Below are positions 1 to 9,704 of a stretch of DNA of 64,000 bases, piece by piece. Where the stretch lies: the NCBI GenBank assembly GCA_965657355.1, contig CBFHOE010000007.1, forward strand, positions 224,001-288,000, in the 5' to 3' direction. Below the pieces are notes generated by a model. It made no database searches. It was not told the DNA's origin and worked only from the letters and a program-made list of their open reading frames with translations. The stretch's first letter is position 1. Each line of letters starts with the position of its first letter. Source of the stretch: Limisphaerales bacterium (GTDB lineage Bacteria > Verrucomicrobiota > Verrucomicrobiia > Limisphaerales > JAJOIW01). The position numbers and the translations under genes were made by a program.

Positions 1-282
1 TCAAACACAAACGAGATCGCTATCGATTTCATCAAGGACAAATTCCCATTTTTTGGTAACTTTGATGGTTACGTTTTTTCTTATGAAGAAAAATCAATGA
101 AGCCAAATGTTAGTATTTACCGAGCAATTGAAAAAATATCAGGAAAATCAGGAAACCAAATTGCCTTCATTGATGACAATATAGAAAACATCGAAGGAGC
201 CATTCAATTGGGTTGGTCGGCACAACAACACGTCTCATTTGAAAGCACCAAAGATTTCTTTAGAAACTTAGGCCTTATTTAG
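1..282 (+). CDS. HAD-superfamily phosphatase (YihX-like), 5' end outside window
   Basis: Frame open from base 1: SNTN (motif II) ... SYEEKSMKP (motif III K) ... FIDDNIENI (motif IV DD). Confidence 0.85.
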   Translation, partial: SNTNEIAIDFIKDKFPFFGNFDGYVFSYEEKSMKPNVSIYRAIEKISGKSGNQIAFIDDNIENIEGAIQLGWSAQQHVSFESTKDFFRNLGLI

Positions 283-283
283 T

Positions 284-1495
284 TTAATCCAATTGCTTCA
301 TTATACTTTGAACAACGGACTCCATTGCATCCTCTTGTTCAATTACAGACTGCACCAGCTTAAACTGGGTTCGACACCTGTCGAGGTTATGCCCCGGCCT
401 GTGAACTCTGAAGTAAAAATCTCCAGAAAGGAAATCTGTTAAAAATCTCAGTCCGATAGTAAGTGGCATAAGTTTTCCAGAAAAGACGACATACTTAATT
501 TCTCCAGGGGTCATGACTTTTCCTGTCTCTCCCAAATATCCTTTTGCAAGTCCCTCAAACATTTCCATCCTCATATTTACTCTAGAAAGATCTTTTTCAT
601 CTTCCAGAGTAGGACTCGTAGTTGTTCTCACCATGTCTCCAAAATCGTACAAGGCAAGTCCAGGCATCACCGTGTCAAGGTCGACCACGCACATCGCCTT
701 ACCAGAATTCACATCCAGAAGAACATTATTAAATTTGGTATCATTGTGCGTAATTCGCTCAGGAATTTCTCCTGCTTCAAATGCATTGAGAAGAACATCG
801 ACAATTGGTTCGTTTTTAATGGCGAAATCAATTTCCTTTTTAGCTTGAGAGGCTCGGTTGTATCTGTCTTCTTCCAAAGCCCTTTTAAAGGCCTCGAATC
901 TTTTTCTTGAATGGTGAAAATATGGAATTGTTTCAAAAAGCCTATCTCCTTCAAGGCCAGTTAAACATTTCTGAAATTTCCCAAAACCTCTACCCGCCTC
1001 GACGGCTTGACCAGGTGATTCAACAGCCTCGTAGCTCTTCACATTTTCAACGAAGAGGAAAGTTCGCCAAAAATCACCATTGGGATCTCTGTAAAAAGGC
1101 TGATCATCTCGGGTAGGAATAATTGTGATGACCTTGCGTGTAACTTCGGACTCCGACTCCTTCTCTAAATGTTCGCGAATATGATTTGTGACTCGCATCA
1201 TGTTGCCCATTACCTCGTCGGGCTTTTTGAAAACGTTCTTGTTTATCTTTTGATGCACATAACGAACCGGAATTCCTCCCTGACCATAGGTTGCTATATA
1301 CGTTTCATTGATATGCCCGATCTTACAGGCTTCCGCTCGGAGAATTTCGCCGTATATTTGAAATTGCTTGGAAATAGATTGAAGCTGAGCTTCGCTGTAA
1401 CCAGTCATACGAGATTGCGGCGGAAAAGGCTGATCTTTCTCACCATTACTTTGGTTCTCTTTTAGGTTTTTGGAACTTGAGTATTGTTCTTCCAC
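284..1495 (-). CDS. Aminoglycoside phosphotransferase-family kinase, N-acetylhexosamine 1-kinase (NahK)-like
   Basis: GHINETY, THNDTKFNN catalytic loop, VVDLDT, DFGD and HNLDRCRTQ motifs. Confidence 0.85.
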   Translation of the reverse strand: MEEQYSSSKNLKENQSNGEKDQPFPPQSRMTGYSEAQLQSISKQFQIYGEILRAEACKIGHINETYIATYGQGGIPVRYVHQKINKNVFKKPDEVMGNMMRVTNHIREHLEKESESEVTRKVITIIPTRDDQPFYRDPNGDFWRTFLFVENVKSYEAVESPGQAVEAGRGFGKFQKCLTGLEGDRLFETIPYFHHSRKRFEAFKRALEEDRYNRASQAKKEIDFAIKNEPIVDVLLNAFEAGEIPERITHNDTKFNNVLLDVNSGKAMCVVDLDTVMPGLALYDFGDMVRTTTSPTLEDEKDLSRVNMRMEMFEGLAKGYLGETGKVMTPGEIKYVVFSGKLMPLTIGLRFLTDFLSGDFYFRVHRPGHNLDRCRTQFKLVQSVIEQEDAMESVVQSIMKQLD

Positions 1496-1646
1496 TTTAT
1501 TAAAATCTAAGTTACGATATCATGCCTTTTCGGCAAAAATAACAGATCAAATATCCATAAAACCTGCAGTATTGGAAGCTTTTTGTGAAGCGTTGTCATG
1601 AGAATGTGAAGTGGACAAATGATAAAGAAACTTCTATTGTCCCAAA

Positions 1647-2930
1647 ATGAATGTGGAATTGGCTTATGGAGAAGGGACGGTCAACGTGGATTTCCCAGAA
1701 AACAAAACAACTGTTATTAGCCCAACACATATTCCAGGTTTAACGGATGAGAAAGCGGCTATCATGAATGCGCTTTCAAGCCCTACAGGTAGCCAGAGTT
1801 TACTGAATAGAGTAAGTCCATCAGACAAAATCTGTATCCTCTTCACTGATATAACCAGAGCCACACCAAACCACAAAATTATTCCCTGGATTTTAGAGCA
1901 TCTAAAAGACCATCCAAAGGAAAATATCATTCTCCTAAATCAACTCGGCACACATCGACCAAACACAAAAGAAGAGCTCGAAAAGATGCTCACTCCGGAA
2001 GTGGTCGCCCAGTATAACGTGATAAACCATGAGCCTGAAAATGAGGACGCTCTGATTGAAGTTGGCCAAACTTATGATGGAACCCCGGCCCTAATTAATA
2101 AGCACGCTGTAAATGCAGATCTGAGAATCGTTACGGGCTTTATTGAACCACATTTTTTTGCAGGCTTTAGTGGTGGGCCGAAAGGTATAATGCCAGGAGT
2201 CGCCGGTTTGAGAACAGTGATGAGCAACCATGGATATAAAAATATCGGGAACCCTCAATCGACATTTGGCGTTACTTTTGGAAATCCGCTTTGGGAGGAA
2301 TTGCGGTCAATTGCTCTAAAAACCGGACCTTCATTCCTACTCAATGTGACATTAAACGAGCAAAGAGATATTACAGGTGTTTTTGCTGGAGATTTGATTG
2401 AAGCACACCAGGCAGGAACAAAGTTTGTAAAAAAACTTGCTATGCAAGAAGTTGATGAACCATTTGATGTGGTCATTACTACCAACAGTGGTTACCCGCT
2501 AGATATGAATTTATATCAAGGAGTTAAAGGCATGAGTGCCGGTGCAAGAATTGTAAAAACCGGAGGCCTCCTTATCCTTGCAGCTGAATGCCGAGAAGGT
2601 GTACCAGCAAAAAGCCCTCTAGATATTTTGCTTCGTGGGGCTCAATCCCCTGAAGAAATTCTCACTCAGCTTGCAACCCCTGGCTTTGTAAAACCAGAGC
2701 AATGGCAAGCACAAATCCAGGCTCTAGTGCAAAAAAGAGCAGAAGTCATGGTTTATTCGTCCTTGTCTTCAGAAACTTTAAAGGCGGCACATTTGACCCC
2801 CTGCGAGGATATAGGAAAGGAAGTTTCGGAGAGGCTCTCAAAGCTCGGAGATTCTGCCAGAGTTGCAGTTCTTCCGCAGGGCCCACTAACCATTCCTTAT
2901 TTACCACAAAGTGAGGTCGCTTTCGCTTAA
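1647..2930 (+). CDS. larA: Nickel-pincer-dependent lactate racemase family protein
   Basis: DITR, GTHR, EPHFFAGFSGGPK, NH and LYQGVKG motifs of LarA all present. Confidence 0.9.
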   Translation: MNVELAYGEGTVNVDFPENKTTVISPTHIPGLTDEKAAIMNALSSPTGSQSLLNRVSPSDKICILFTDITRATPNHKIIPWILEHLKDHPKENIILLNQLGTHRPNTKEELEKMLTPEVVAQYNVINHEPENEDALIEVGQTYDGTPALINKHAVNADLRIVTGFIEPHFFAGFSGGPKGIMPGVAGLRTVMSNHGYKNIGNPQSTFGVTFGNPLWEELRSIALKTGPSFLLNVTLNEQRDITGVFAGDLIEAHQAGTKFVKKLAMQEVDEPFDVVITTNSGYPLDMNLYQGVKGMSAGARIVKTGGLLILAAECREGVPAKSPLDILLRGAQSPEEILTQLATPGFVKPEQWQAQIQALVQKRAEVMVYSSLSSETLKAAHLTPCEDIGKEVSERLSKLGDSARVAVLPQGPLTIPYLPQSEVAFA

Positions 2931-2950
2931 GTTTAAATAGAGAATCGATT

Positions 2951-3754
2951 ATGCCCTTGCCCTACGACTACCATATGCACACCCCGTTATGCCATCACGC
3001 CGTCGGGGAACCCATTGACTATGCCGAAGAAGCAACGAAGAAAGGAATCTCAGAAATTGGCTTCTCTGAGCATTCCCCAATGGAACAGGACGATTTTGAT
3101 GAATGGAGAATGTATCTAAGCGATATCAACGAATACATAAATAAAATCAAAATTGCCCGAGAGGCTTTTCCTGAATTAAGAATTAAAATTGGCCTCGAAG
3201 TTGATTATATTCCGGGATACGAGAGCTGGATAAAACACCTCAAAACTCTCCACAATTGGGACTATTTTATCGGGTCTGTTCATTATTTAGATAATAAATG
3301 GGACTTCGATAATCCCGATAAATTAGACATTTGGCATAGCCAAGACACCTTTGATGTTTGGCGCAATTATTTTGGCAAATTAACTCAAGCCGCTCAATCG
3401 GGACTCTTCCACACTATAGGACACCCAGACCTGTGTAAAAAATTCGCTATATACCCAAAACAAGAAACGATTTCACTTTGGTTGCCATTTCTCAACGCCG
3501 TCAAAGAAAATAATATAGCAATAGAGCTAAATACAGCCGGCAATTACAAGAAATGCAAAGAAATTTATCCACATCCTGAGATCCTGAAGCACGCTGCAAA
3601 AATGGACATCCCTCTTTCTTTTGCAAGTGACGCACATGCTCCAAATGAAGTTGGAAGAGATTGGAATTTGGCTGTGAAACTAGCCAAAGAGTGCGGATTC
3701 AAGCAGTTTTGTGCTTTCGACCAAGGAGAGAGGTCGCTTCTCCCACTTGATTGA
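2951..3754 (+). CDS. Histidinol-phosphatase, PHP/HisJ family
   Basis: DYHMH, SEH, GLEVDY, GSVH, GHPD, ELNTAG and SDAH PHP motifs. Confidence 0.85.
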   Translation: MPLPYDYHMHTPLCHHAVGEPIDYAEEATKKGISEIGFSEHSPMEQDDFDEWRMYLSDINEYINKIKIAREAFPELRIKIGLEVDYIPGYESWIKHLKTLHNWDYFIGSVHYLDNKWDFDNPDKLDIWHSQDTFDVWRNYFGKLTQAAQSGLFHTIGHPDLCKKFAIYPKQETISLWLPFLNAVKENNIAIELNTAGNYKKCKEIYPHPEILKHAAKMDIPLSFASDAHAPNEVGRDWNLAVKLAKECGFKQFCAFDQGERSLLPLD

Positions 3755-3776
3755 ATTCCGGGTTCCACAAGCCTGA

Positions 3777-6341
3777 TCATTCGAGCAAATGATCTACAGC
3801 TTCAAAGATTTCATTTTCTATTGAACTGAGGTGTGCGTTGATCTTCTTTCCTCTATAAAATGAAATAAAACCCACAGCTCTTACTTTTTCACCAGGCCCA
3901 CAGTCAGGAAATTGAGGATCGGAATGTATGCATGGCACTGGAGGATTGTTCCAAGTTCTTTTCAAGCTCTGCCATCCAGTAACGACCCACTTATCGCCTT
4001 CGCGATTACCTTTTGCGACTATCGACCCTAATTTGGCAATTCTTCCCCTATTTTGATCTTGAAACCCATCAAGTCCTTTTAAGTGATTGCACACTTGTGC
4101 ACTCAAAGAGCTGAGTCTTTGGTCAGACAAATTTTCAATTTCCATTTGCATTCCAACGATTTTTTCACCAGGCACGACTTTAACGTCAAATTTTAAAATT
4201 GGATTATCTATAGTGGGCACGACGCGGTGGGATGTGAGTGCGCCTCCAGGCCTTTCATAAGACCACTCAATCTTAGAATTTTGATATTCGGAATTCTTCA
4301 TTTCCCAAACAGTAGGGATGTGCTTGTGTGCCAAAAAGGTTAGTCCCAGGTTCGACCATATCGCCTCCGGCAAATCAACGACGACATATGAAAATTCATC
4401 CCATGGAGCAAAGACACTAAACTTTGTATCTCTTTGTGGATTAATGGCACCGTCAAGGAATCCAATTCTTGGATGCCGCCCTCCAGGGTATGGAAGAATT
4501 AGAAGATCTTCAGATTCATACGGATCAGGAAGTTGTTCTTGAAGTAAAAAAGAATAAATTTCGTTTTTATCTAGTCCAGTAGCAACCACCGTCTCCGAAG
4601 GTGCAAGACCGTGATTGAGCAAAGCATTTCGTAACCAAAATTCTTTTTCCTCTGAGTTTTTGGGAATTCTTGATTCAAGTTGATAAGGATTGTTACCTGA
4701 TGTTTTCAATTGCTCAAACCTTTGCAAAGCTTTCTCATATTCCAAAATGGATTGTTCTCCTAAGAGCCCGCGAGATCGAGTCATCTCAGCCTTAACGCGA
4801 GAGGTTAAATATTGCTTCTCTTGATCAGTTGGAAGGTATGGTTTATTATTATTTTCAAATTTCCAGACACCTGTGTGAGCAAACCTATTCCTACCACTTT
4901 TCAATTCCTCAAAGCATCTAAAAGATATCCAAGATGATTGACTCGGAGAATACTCAAAAGAGAAAGCAGTCTTAAATGAGGAATTATCAGACTGCACATT
5001 TGATCCCATTATTGTTTTTCGGGGTATTCCGTTTTCAATCATTTCAATAAAAGAAATAGGCTGAGAACTCATTACCTCTCCAATTACTGAGTATGATTTT
5101 GGTTTGTTGGATATCGGAAAACTCTTCCCTGAAAATTGATTTTCTACTCGAACAAAGATCATGGGACCAGTCGTAACAAAGCCCTCCCCTTTTTTTAAAG
5201 ACTCATATAGTTTTCCATAATCAAATTTCTGACCAATTGGCAAATAGACACGACCAAAACCAACGGGAACGGGATGAACCCCACTTGCGGTCCCAGCTAC
5301 CGGAACAAGATCAAAACCCGCATTTAAAAGCGTATAATACATTCCAAAGGTATACCGCATCCAATCCCACTCCTGACCAGATTTACCTCCAGAAGGTGGT
5401 TGCATCCAATGCGGAGCTTTCGTATTCCAATCTGAAAAGGCAAATTCAGTGCGCCACATATGATTGTTGGCTAATTCATAAAGCCTTGCTCCCGTGACAT
5501 GGGGCAGGATCATTGAAAAAGGCCAATCCAGTTTATCCATATCCATCAAAGCTCCTTCATGACGGGCTCTTTCTGATACGTGCTTCCATGGAGGAACACT
5601 AAGATCTAGCATAGACTCATGACCCAGAATAAATAAGGCTCCCAGCGTGTGTCTTTTCTGGTTAACTGTGAAAATTTCATATTCTGTATTTCGAGGCCAG
5701 ATCACATGGGTATCATCAATTGTTATTAAATGGTTGGGAATATCACCCTGTTGATTTTTATCACCAGAGCGAGGAGGCAGGCCAGATCTCGTCACCCAGC
5801 TTGTTAAAGGAAAAGTAACACTTAAATCCTCTACCTTTTGAATTATTTTCAAATCTTCAAGGGAGCGATGAATGTGAGTTTCGGTGGAATACCAGCCACG
5901 CTTTTCCATGTTAACCCACCGTTTTAAGTCGACAATAATTTCCCGAGACTCATTATTTCTCTCAGAAACGTTAATCTCCATCTCAAATGGGTGGTATTCT
6001 TTACCTTTTTCAATTCTTAATAAGTACTCCCCTTCCGGTATTTCGACTCGCCCTGGATATTGAGAGATGGAAGAATATTTTTCAAAGGCGTTTTTGTTTA
6101 CCCAGTTTGTCTTATCGTAAAAGGTAATGGATTCAGTGGGTATTTTTTCATTTAGAAAAAACCACTTATCCCCGGCCTTATTAGAAATATAAATCCTGGC
6201 AGGTGCGTGTTTTTTCGTTTCGCTGTCCCTCACAATGATAAAAAACTCAGCGGCCTGAAGGCACTGAAAAGCGAAAGTAAAAATGAGACAATGTAAAATT
6301 AAACCCGCGGATTTTATCCAAAAAAGACCAGAAGAGCCCAT
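3777..6341 (-). CDS. Secreted CehA/McbA-like PHP metallohydrolase fused to a conserved C-terminal domain of unknown function
   Basis: Signal-peptide-like N-terminus; ETHIHR, ELANNH, GTASGVH, GFGRVY and FVTTGP motifs; second domain PYPGGRHPRIGFLDGA. ORF is open to 6398, but ATG 6341 is preferred (TATAAT 6 nt upstream). Confidence 0.65.
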   Translation of the reverse strand: MGSSGLFWIKSAGLILHCLIFTFAFQCLQAAEFFIIVRDSETKKHAPARIYISNKAGDKWFFLNEKIPTESITFYDKTNWVNKNAFEKYSSISQYPGRVEIPEGEYLLRIEKGKEYHPFEMEINVSERNNESREIIVDLKRWVNMEKRGWYSTETHIHRSLEDLKIIQKVEDLSVTFPLTSWVTRSGLPPRSGDKNQQGDIPNHLITIDDTHVIWPRNTEYEIFTVNQKRHTLGALFILGHESMLDLSVPPWKHVSERARHEGALMDMDKLDWPFSMILPHVTGARLYELANNHMWRTEFAFSDWNTKAPHWMQPPSGGKSGQEWDWMRYTFGMYYTLLNAGFDLVPVAGTASGVHPVPVGFGRVYLPIGQKFDYGKLYESLKKGEGFVTTGPMIFVRVENQFSGKSFPISNKPKSYSVIGEVMSSQPISFIEMIENGIPRKTIMGSNVQSDNSSFKTAFSFEYSPSQSSWISFRCFEELKSGRNRFAHTGVWKFENNNKPYLPTDQEKQYLTSRVKAEMTRSRGLLGEQSILEYEKALQRFEQLKTSGNNPYQLESRIPKNSEEKEFWLRNALLNHGLAPSETVVATGLDKNEIYSFLLQEQLPDPYESEDLLILPYPGGRHPRIGFLDGAINPQRDTKFSVFAPWDEFSYVVVDLPEAIWSNLGLTFLAHKHIPTVWEMKNSEYQNSKIEWSYERPGGALTSHRVVPTIDNPILKFDVKVVPGEKIVGMQMEIENLSDQRLSSLSAQVCNHLKGLDGFQDQNRGRIAKLGSIVAKGNREGDKWVVTGWQSLKRTWNNPPVPCIHSDPQFPDCGPGEKVRAVGFISFYRGKKINAHLSSIENEIFEAVDHLLE

Positions 6342-6532
6342 ATAATAATTATATGAATACCGATTTATCCCACAACAGAATTTCAGTGAATTATTCACTA
6401 AAATCCCTGCCGCGAATTGAAGAAACTAGGAATTGTTCCTGGGTATTTGGAATAAAAAGACAATCCAAAAATACGTTAAGTCAACAATACGTATGATCTT
6501 GTTTGAAAACGTTATAAAAAGCTGACCCCGAA

Positions 6533-7930
6533 TTATGAGTGAATCGGTTTGTCATAAGTGGCCATTGCGGCCTCTTTCAAAGTCTCAGCAAGGGTCGGGT
6601 GAGCATGACAAGTTCTAGCTATGTCTTCACTGCTTGCACCAAAATTCATTCCAGCAACTGCCTCAGCAATAATTTCCCCGGCGTTATGCCCAACGATATG
6701 CACCCCTAAAACACGATCCGTTTCCGCATGCGAAAGAACCTTAACTTTACCATCAGAGTGCCCCCCTGCAAGAGCCCTACCATTAGCAGCGAATGCAAAA
6801 ACCCCCTTTTTAAATGGAATTCCCTCAGATTCGAGTTCCTCCTGAGTTTTACCCACAGAAGCGACTTCAGGGTGAGTGTACACAATACCAGGGACTAAAT
6901 TGTAGTCGACGTGACCATAACCAGTAGCCATTTTCTCGACGCAGGCGATACCATCTTCTTCTGCTTTATGCGCCAGCATTGGGCCTGGAATGACATCACC
7001 AATAGCATAAATACCTTGTAATGATGTTTCAAAATTTTGATCGACCAAGATGCGTCCCCTTTCTGTTTTAATCCCTAGGCCCTCTATTCCCAGACCGTCA
7101 GTAAAAGGAACTCGACCAACGGCAACAATGACTTTGTCACAAGCAACTGGATCTTTCCCATCAAGTTCAATTTCACATTTCCCATCAATAACGCTGGCAC
7201 CAGTGACTTTAGTATTGAGATGAAACTCAATTCCCTGCTTTGCAAGTATCCTTTGAGCAATCTTAGCAATTTCTAAATCCACTCCGGGAAGAATTCTATC
7301 GAGATATTCCAGAACAGTAACCTTAGAGCCGAGTCTTGCCCAGACGGACCCTAACTCCAAACCAATGGCTCCAGCACCAATGAGAACAAGGTGCTCAGGT
7401 GCCTCGGCAAATTCTAGGGCTTCAGTGCTGGTTACGATTTTCTCTCCATCACAGTCCAAACCAGGCAAATCAAATGGGCGACTTCCCGTAGCAATGATTA
7501 TTTTTTCGCAATCTATAATTATTTTTTCTTTGCTCTCACTGATATCGACAGAAACCTTCCCTTGAGATTCAATGGTCGCCATACCTGCATATTTAGTGAC
7601 TTTATTCTTTTTAATAAGCCCTTCGATACCAGAGGCTAAAGTTTTAACAACTCTAGATTTACGATTCATCATTTTACCGATATCAACGGACACATCGGCT
7701 TTTATTCCATGATCAGCAAACTTATTTCTTGCTTGAGCATATAATTCACTGGATTCAAGAAGTGCTTTGCTTGGGATACAACCAACTCTCAAACAGGTTC
7801 CACCCATAAGTTTCTCTTTTTCAATCAAGGCGACATCCATGCCTAATTGAGCAGCTTTTATAGCTGCCACATACCCACCTGGCCCCGCTCCAATGATGAC
7901 GAGTCGATGTTTGACTGATTGTTTTTTCAT
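6533..7930 (-). CDS. lpdA: Dihydrolipoyl dehydrogenase (E3)
   Basis: GAGPGG, GGTCLRVGCIPSK, HAHPTLAE; follows sucAB. Confidence 0.97.
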   Translation of the reverse strand: MKKQSVKHRLVIIGAGPGGYVAAIKAAQLGMDVALIEKEKLMGGTCLRVGCIPSKALLESSELYAQARNKFADHGIKADVSVDIGKMMNRKSRVVKTLASGIEGLIKKNKVTKYAGMATIESQGKVSVDISESKEKIIIDCEKIIIATGSRPFDLPGLDCDGEKIVTSTEALEFAEAPEHLVLIGAGAIGLELGSVWARLGSKVTVLEYLDRILPGVDLEIAKIAQRILAKQGIEFHLNTKVTGASVIDGKCEIELDGKDPVACDKVIVAVGRVPFTDGLGIEGLGIKTERGRILVDQNFETSLQGIYAIGDVIPGPMLAHKAEEDGIACVEKMATGYGHVDYNLVPGIVYTHPEVASVGKTQEELESEGIPFKKGVFAFAANGRALAGGHSDGKVKVLSHAETDRVLGVHIVGHNAGEIIAEAVAGMNFGASSEDIARTCHAHPTLAETLKEAAMATYDKPIHS

Positions 7931-7950
7931 AGCGTTTTGTCTTTCAAACT

Positions 7951-9162
7951 TTAGATTTCAACCAGGATTCTAGCTGGATCTTCAATCGCTTGTTTCACTC
8001 GCACTAAAAATGAGACGGCTTCACGTCCGTCCACAAGTCGATGGTCGTAAGTGAGGGCAACATACATCATTGGACGAATTTCAACGGCACCGTTCACGGC
8101 TACAGGTCTTTGCTGAATAGAGTGCATCCCTAGGATTCCGCTTTGAGGTGGATTAATAATTGGAGTTGATAGCATGGATCCATAGATCCCTCCGTTAGTT
8201 AATGTGAAGGTTCCTCCTTGGAGCTCATCGATTGTTAAACGATTTTCTTTGGCCTTTTTGGCAAGCTCGCCAATTTTGAGCTCCAGTTCCGCAAAACTAA
8301 GATGATTGGCATCTCTGATCACAGGGACCACCAACCCCTTGCCGCCTCCGACTGCAACACCTATGTCATAGTAATTTTTATAAATGATACTATTGTCTTT
8401 AATCTCGGCGTTGATGCCAGGGAATTGCTTTAATGCGTCTATGCACGCCTTAATAAAAAAGGACATGAATCCTAATTTGACTCCATGTTTTTTGATGAAA
8501 TCTTCCTTAAATCTAGCCCTGAGATCCATGACCCCTGTCATATCAATTTCGTTAAATGTAGTCAGGAGTGCCCCTTGTTGTTGTGCCTCAACTAAACTCT
8601 TGGCAATGGATCTTCTGAGTGGGCTCATCGGGACAATTTTCTCTTCGCGATAAGTGTTTCCGGAACCACTCGATGTCGATACCGTTTTATTGGCCAGGTC
8701 AGACCCCTCTTTTTTGTCATTTGCGCTATGAATAGCCTGTTGGGCATCTTCCTTTAGAAGCCTTCCACCAGGCCCAGATGGCTGAACCTCATCCGGTGAT
8801 TTTCCAGACTGTTCGAGAATTCTCTTTGCTGAAGGCATCACAATAGATTCAGGATCCGATTGATTTTCATTCTCTGGTTCCTTGTCAGATTTAGAATCAC
8901 CCTCAGCCTTAGCTGTTACTGTTCCATCTGTTTCGATTTGAGCAATAACTCCACCAACAGATACCAAGTCTCCAACCTGTTTAACAATCGACATCAGAAC
9001 CCCGGATTCGGGAGATGGGATTTCGACATTGGCCTTGTCGGTTTCTACCAAAACGACCGGTTCATCTTTGCTGACTAGGTCACCCTCGTTTTTCAACCAT
9101 TCCCCAATTTGGACTTCGGTTATGGATTCACCCACTGCAGGGACTTTTAATTCTATCGGCAT
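7951..9162 (-). CDS. sucB: 2-oxoglutarate dehydrogenase E2, dihydrolipoyllysine succinyltransferase
   Basis: Lipoyl ETDKA, E3-binding [10 protein letters not shown], catalytic YDHRLVDG. Confidence 0.96.
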   Translation of the reverse strand: MPIELKVPAVGESITEVQIGEWLKNEGDLVSKDEPVVLVETDKANVEIPSPESGVLMSIVKQVGDLVSVGGVIAQIETDGTVTAKAEGDSKSDKEPENENQSDPESIVMPSAKRILEQSGKSPDEVQPSGPGGRLLKEDAQQAIHSANDKKEGSDLANKTVSTSSGSGNTYREEKIVPMSPLRRSIAKSLVEAQQQGALLTTFNEIDMTGVMDLRARFKEDFIKKHGVKLGFMSFFIKACIDALKQFPGINAEIKDNSIIYKNYYDIGVAVGGGKGLVVPVIRDANHLSFAELELKIGELAKKAKENRLTIDELQGGTFTLTNGGIYGSMLSTPIINPPQSGILGMHSIQQRPVAVNGAVEIRPMMYVALTYDHRLVDGREAVSFLVRVKQAIEDPARILVEI

Positions 9163-9167
9163 ATGTT

Positions 9168-9701
9168 TTAATTATTTTTTAAAGTCAGATTATCCGTGAC
9201 AGCTGTCACCCATTTTGTCGACTCTGCAATTTCCAGAGCATTATCTCTTATGGAGCTGGAGCCAACGTTTCCAGATAGTGAGACTTCACCATCGTTGGAT
9301 TCAACATTTATCTGGTATAAATCAGGTCCAAGTTTCCTGACAAGTTCCGTCCTCACTGCTGTGATAATCCATCCATCTCGGAAGAAACCACTAAAAAAAC
9401 TTACGGCAGTGTTTGAAAATGATTTTAGGGCAAGACCAGCTTCGTCTAAACTATCAGTCGTAAAATAATTTTCAACATCGACTCCTTTGAGTCTACGCAC
9501 TGTATTAGTGGAAATTTTTTTAATTTTTAAATTTGCCGAATCCCATACATTTGTGCTCAGGTTTGAGTTATGCAACGGTTCATCATTACGACCCGATGGA
9601 ACCTGTTTATCTGAGTTTTGAATCAATTGTGGCGAGTTGATCGCTATGAAAACGATCCATCCCATACCGCAAAAAACCAATACCCAGAATAAAACCTTCA
9701 T
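9168..9701 (-). CDS. Membrane-anchored BON domain protein
   Basis: N-terminal TM helix; C-terminal [12 protein letters not shown]...[16 protein letters not shown]...[11 protein letters not shown] signature. Confidence 0.75.
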   Translation of the reverse strand: MKVLFWVLVFCGMGWIVFIAINSPQLIQNSDKQVPSGRNDEPLHNSNLSTNVWDSANLKIKKISTNTVRRLKGVDVENYFTTDSLDEAGLALKSFSNTAVSFFSGFFRDGWIITAVRTELVRKLGPDLYQINVESNDGEVSLSGNVGSSSIRDNALEIAESTKWVTAVTDNLTLKNN

Positions 9702-9704
9702 TCT

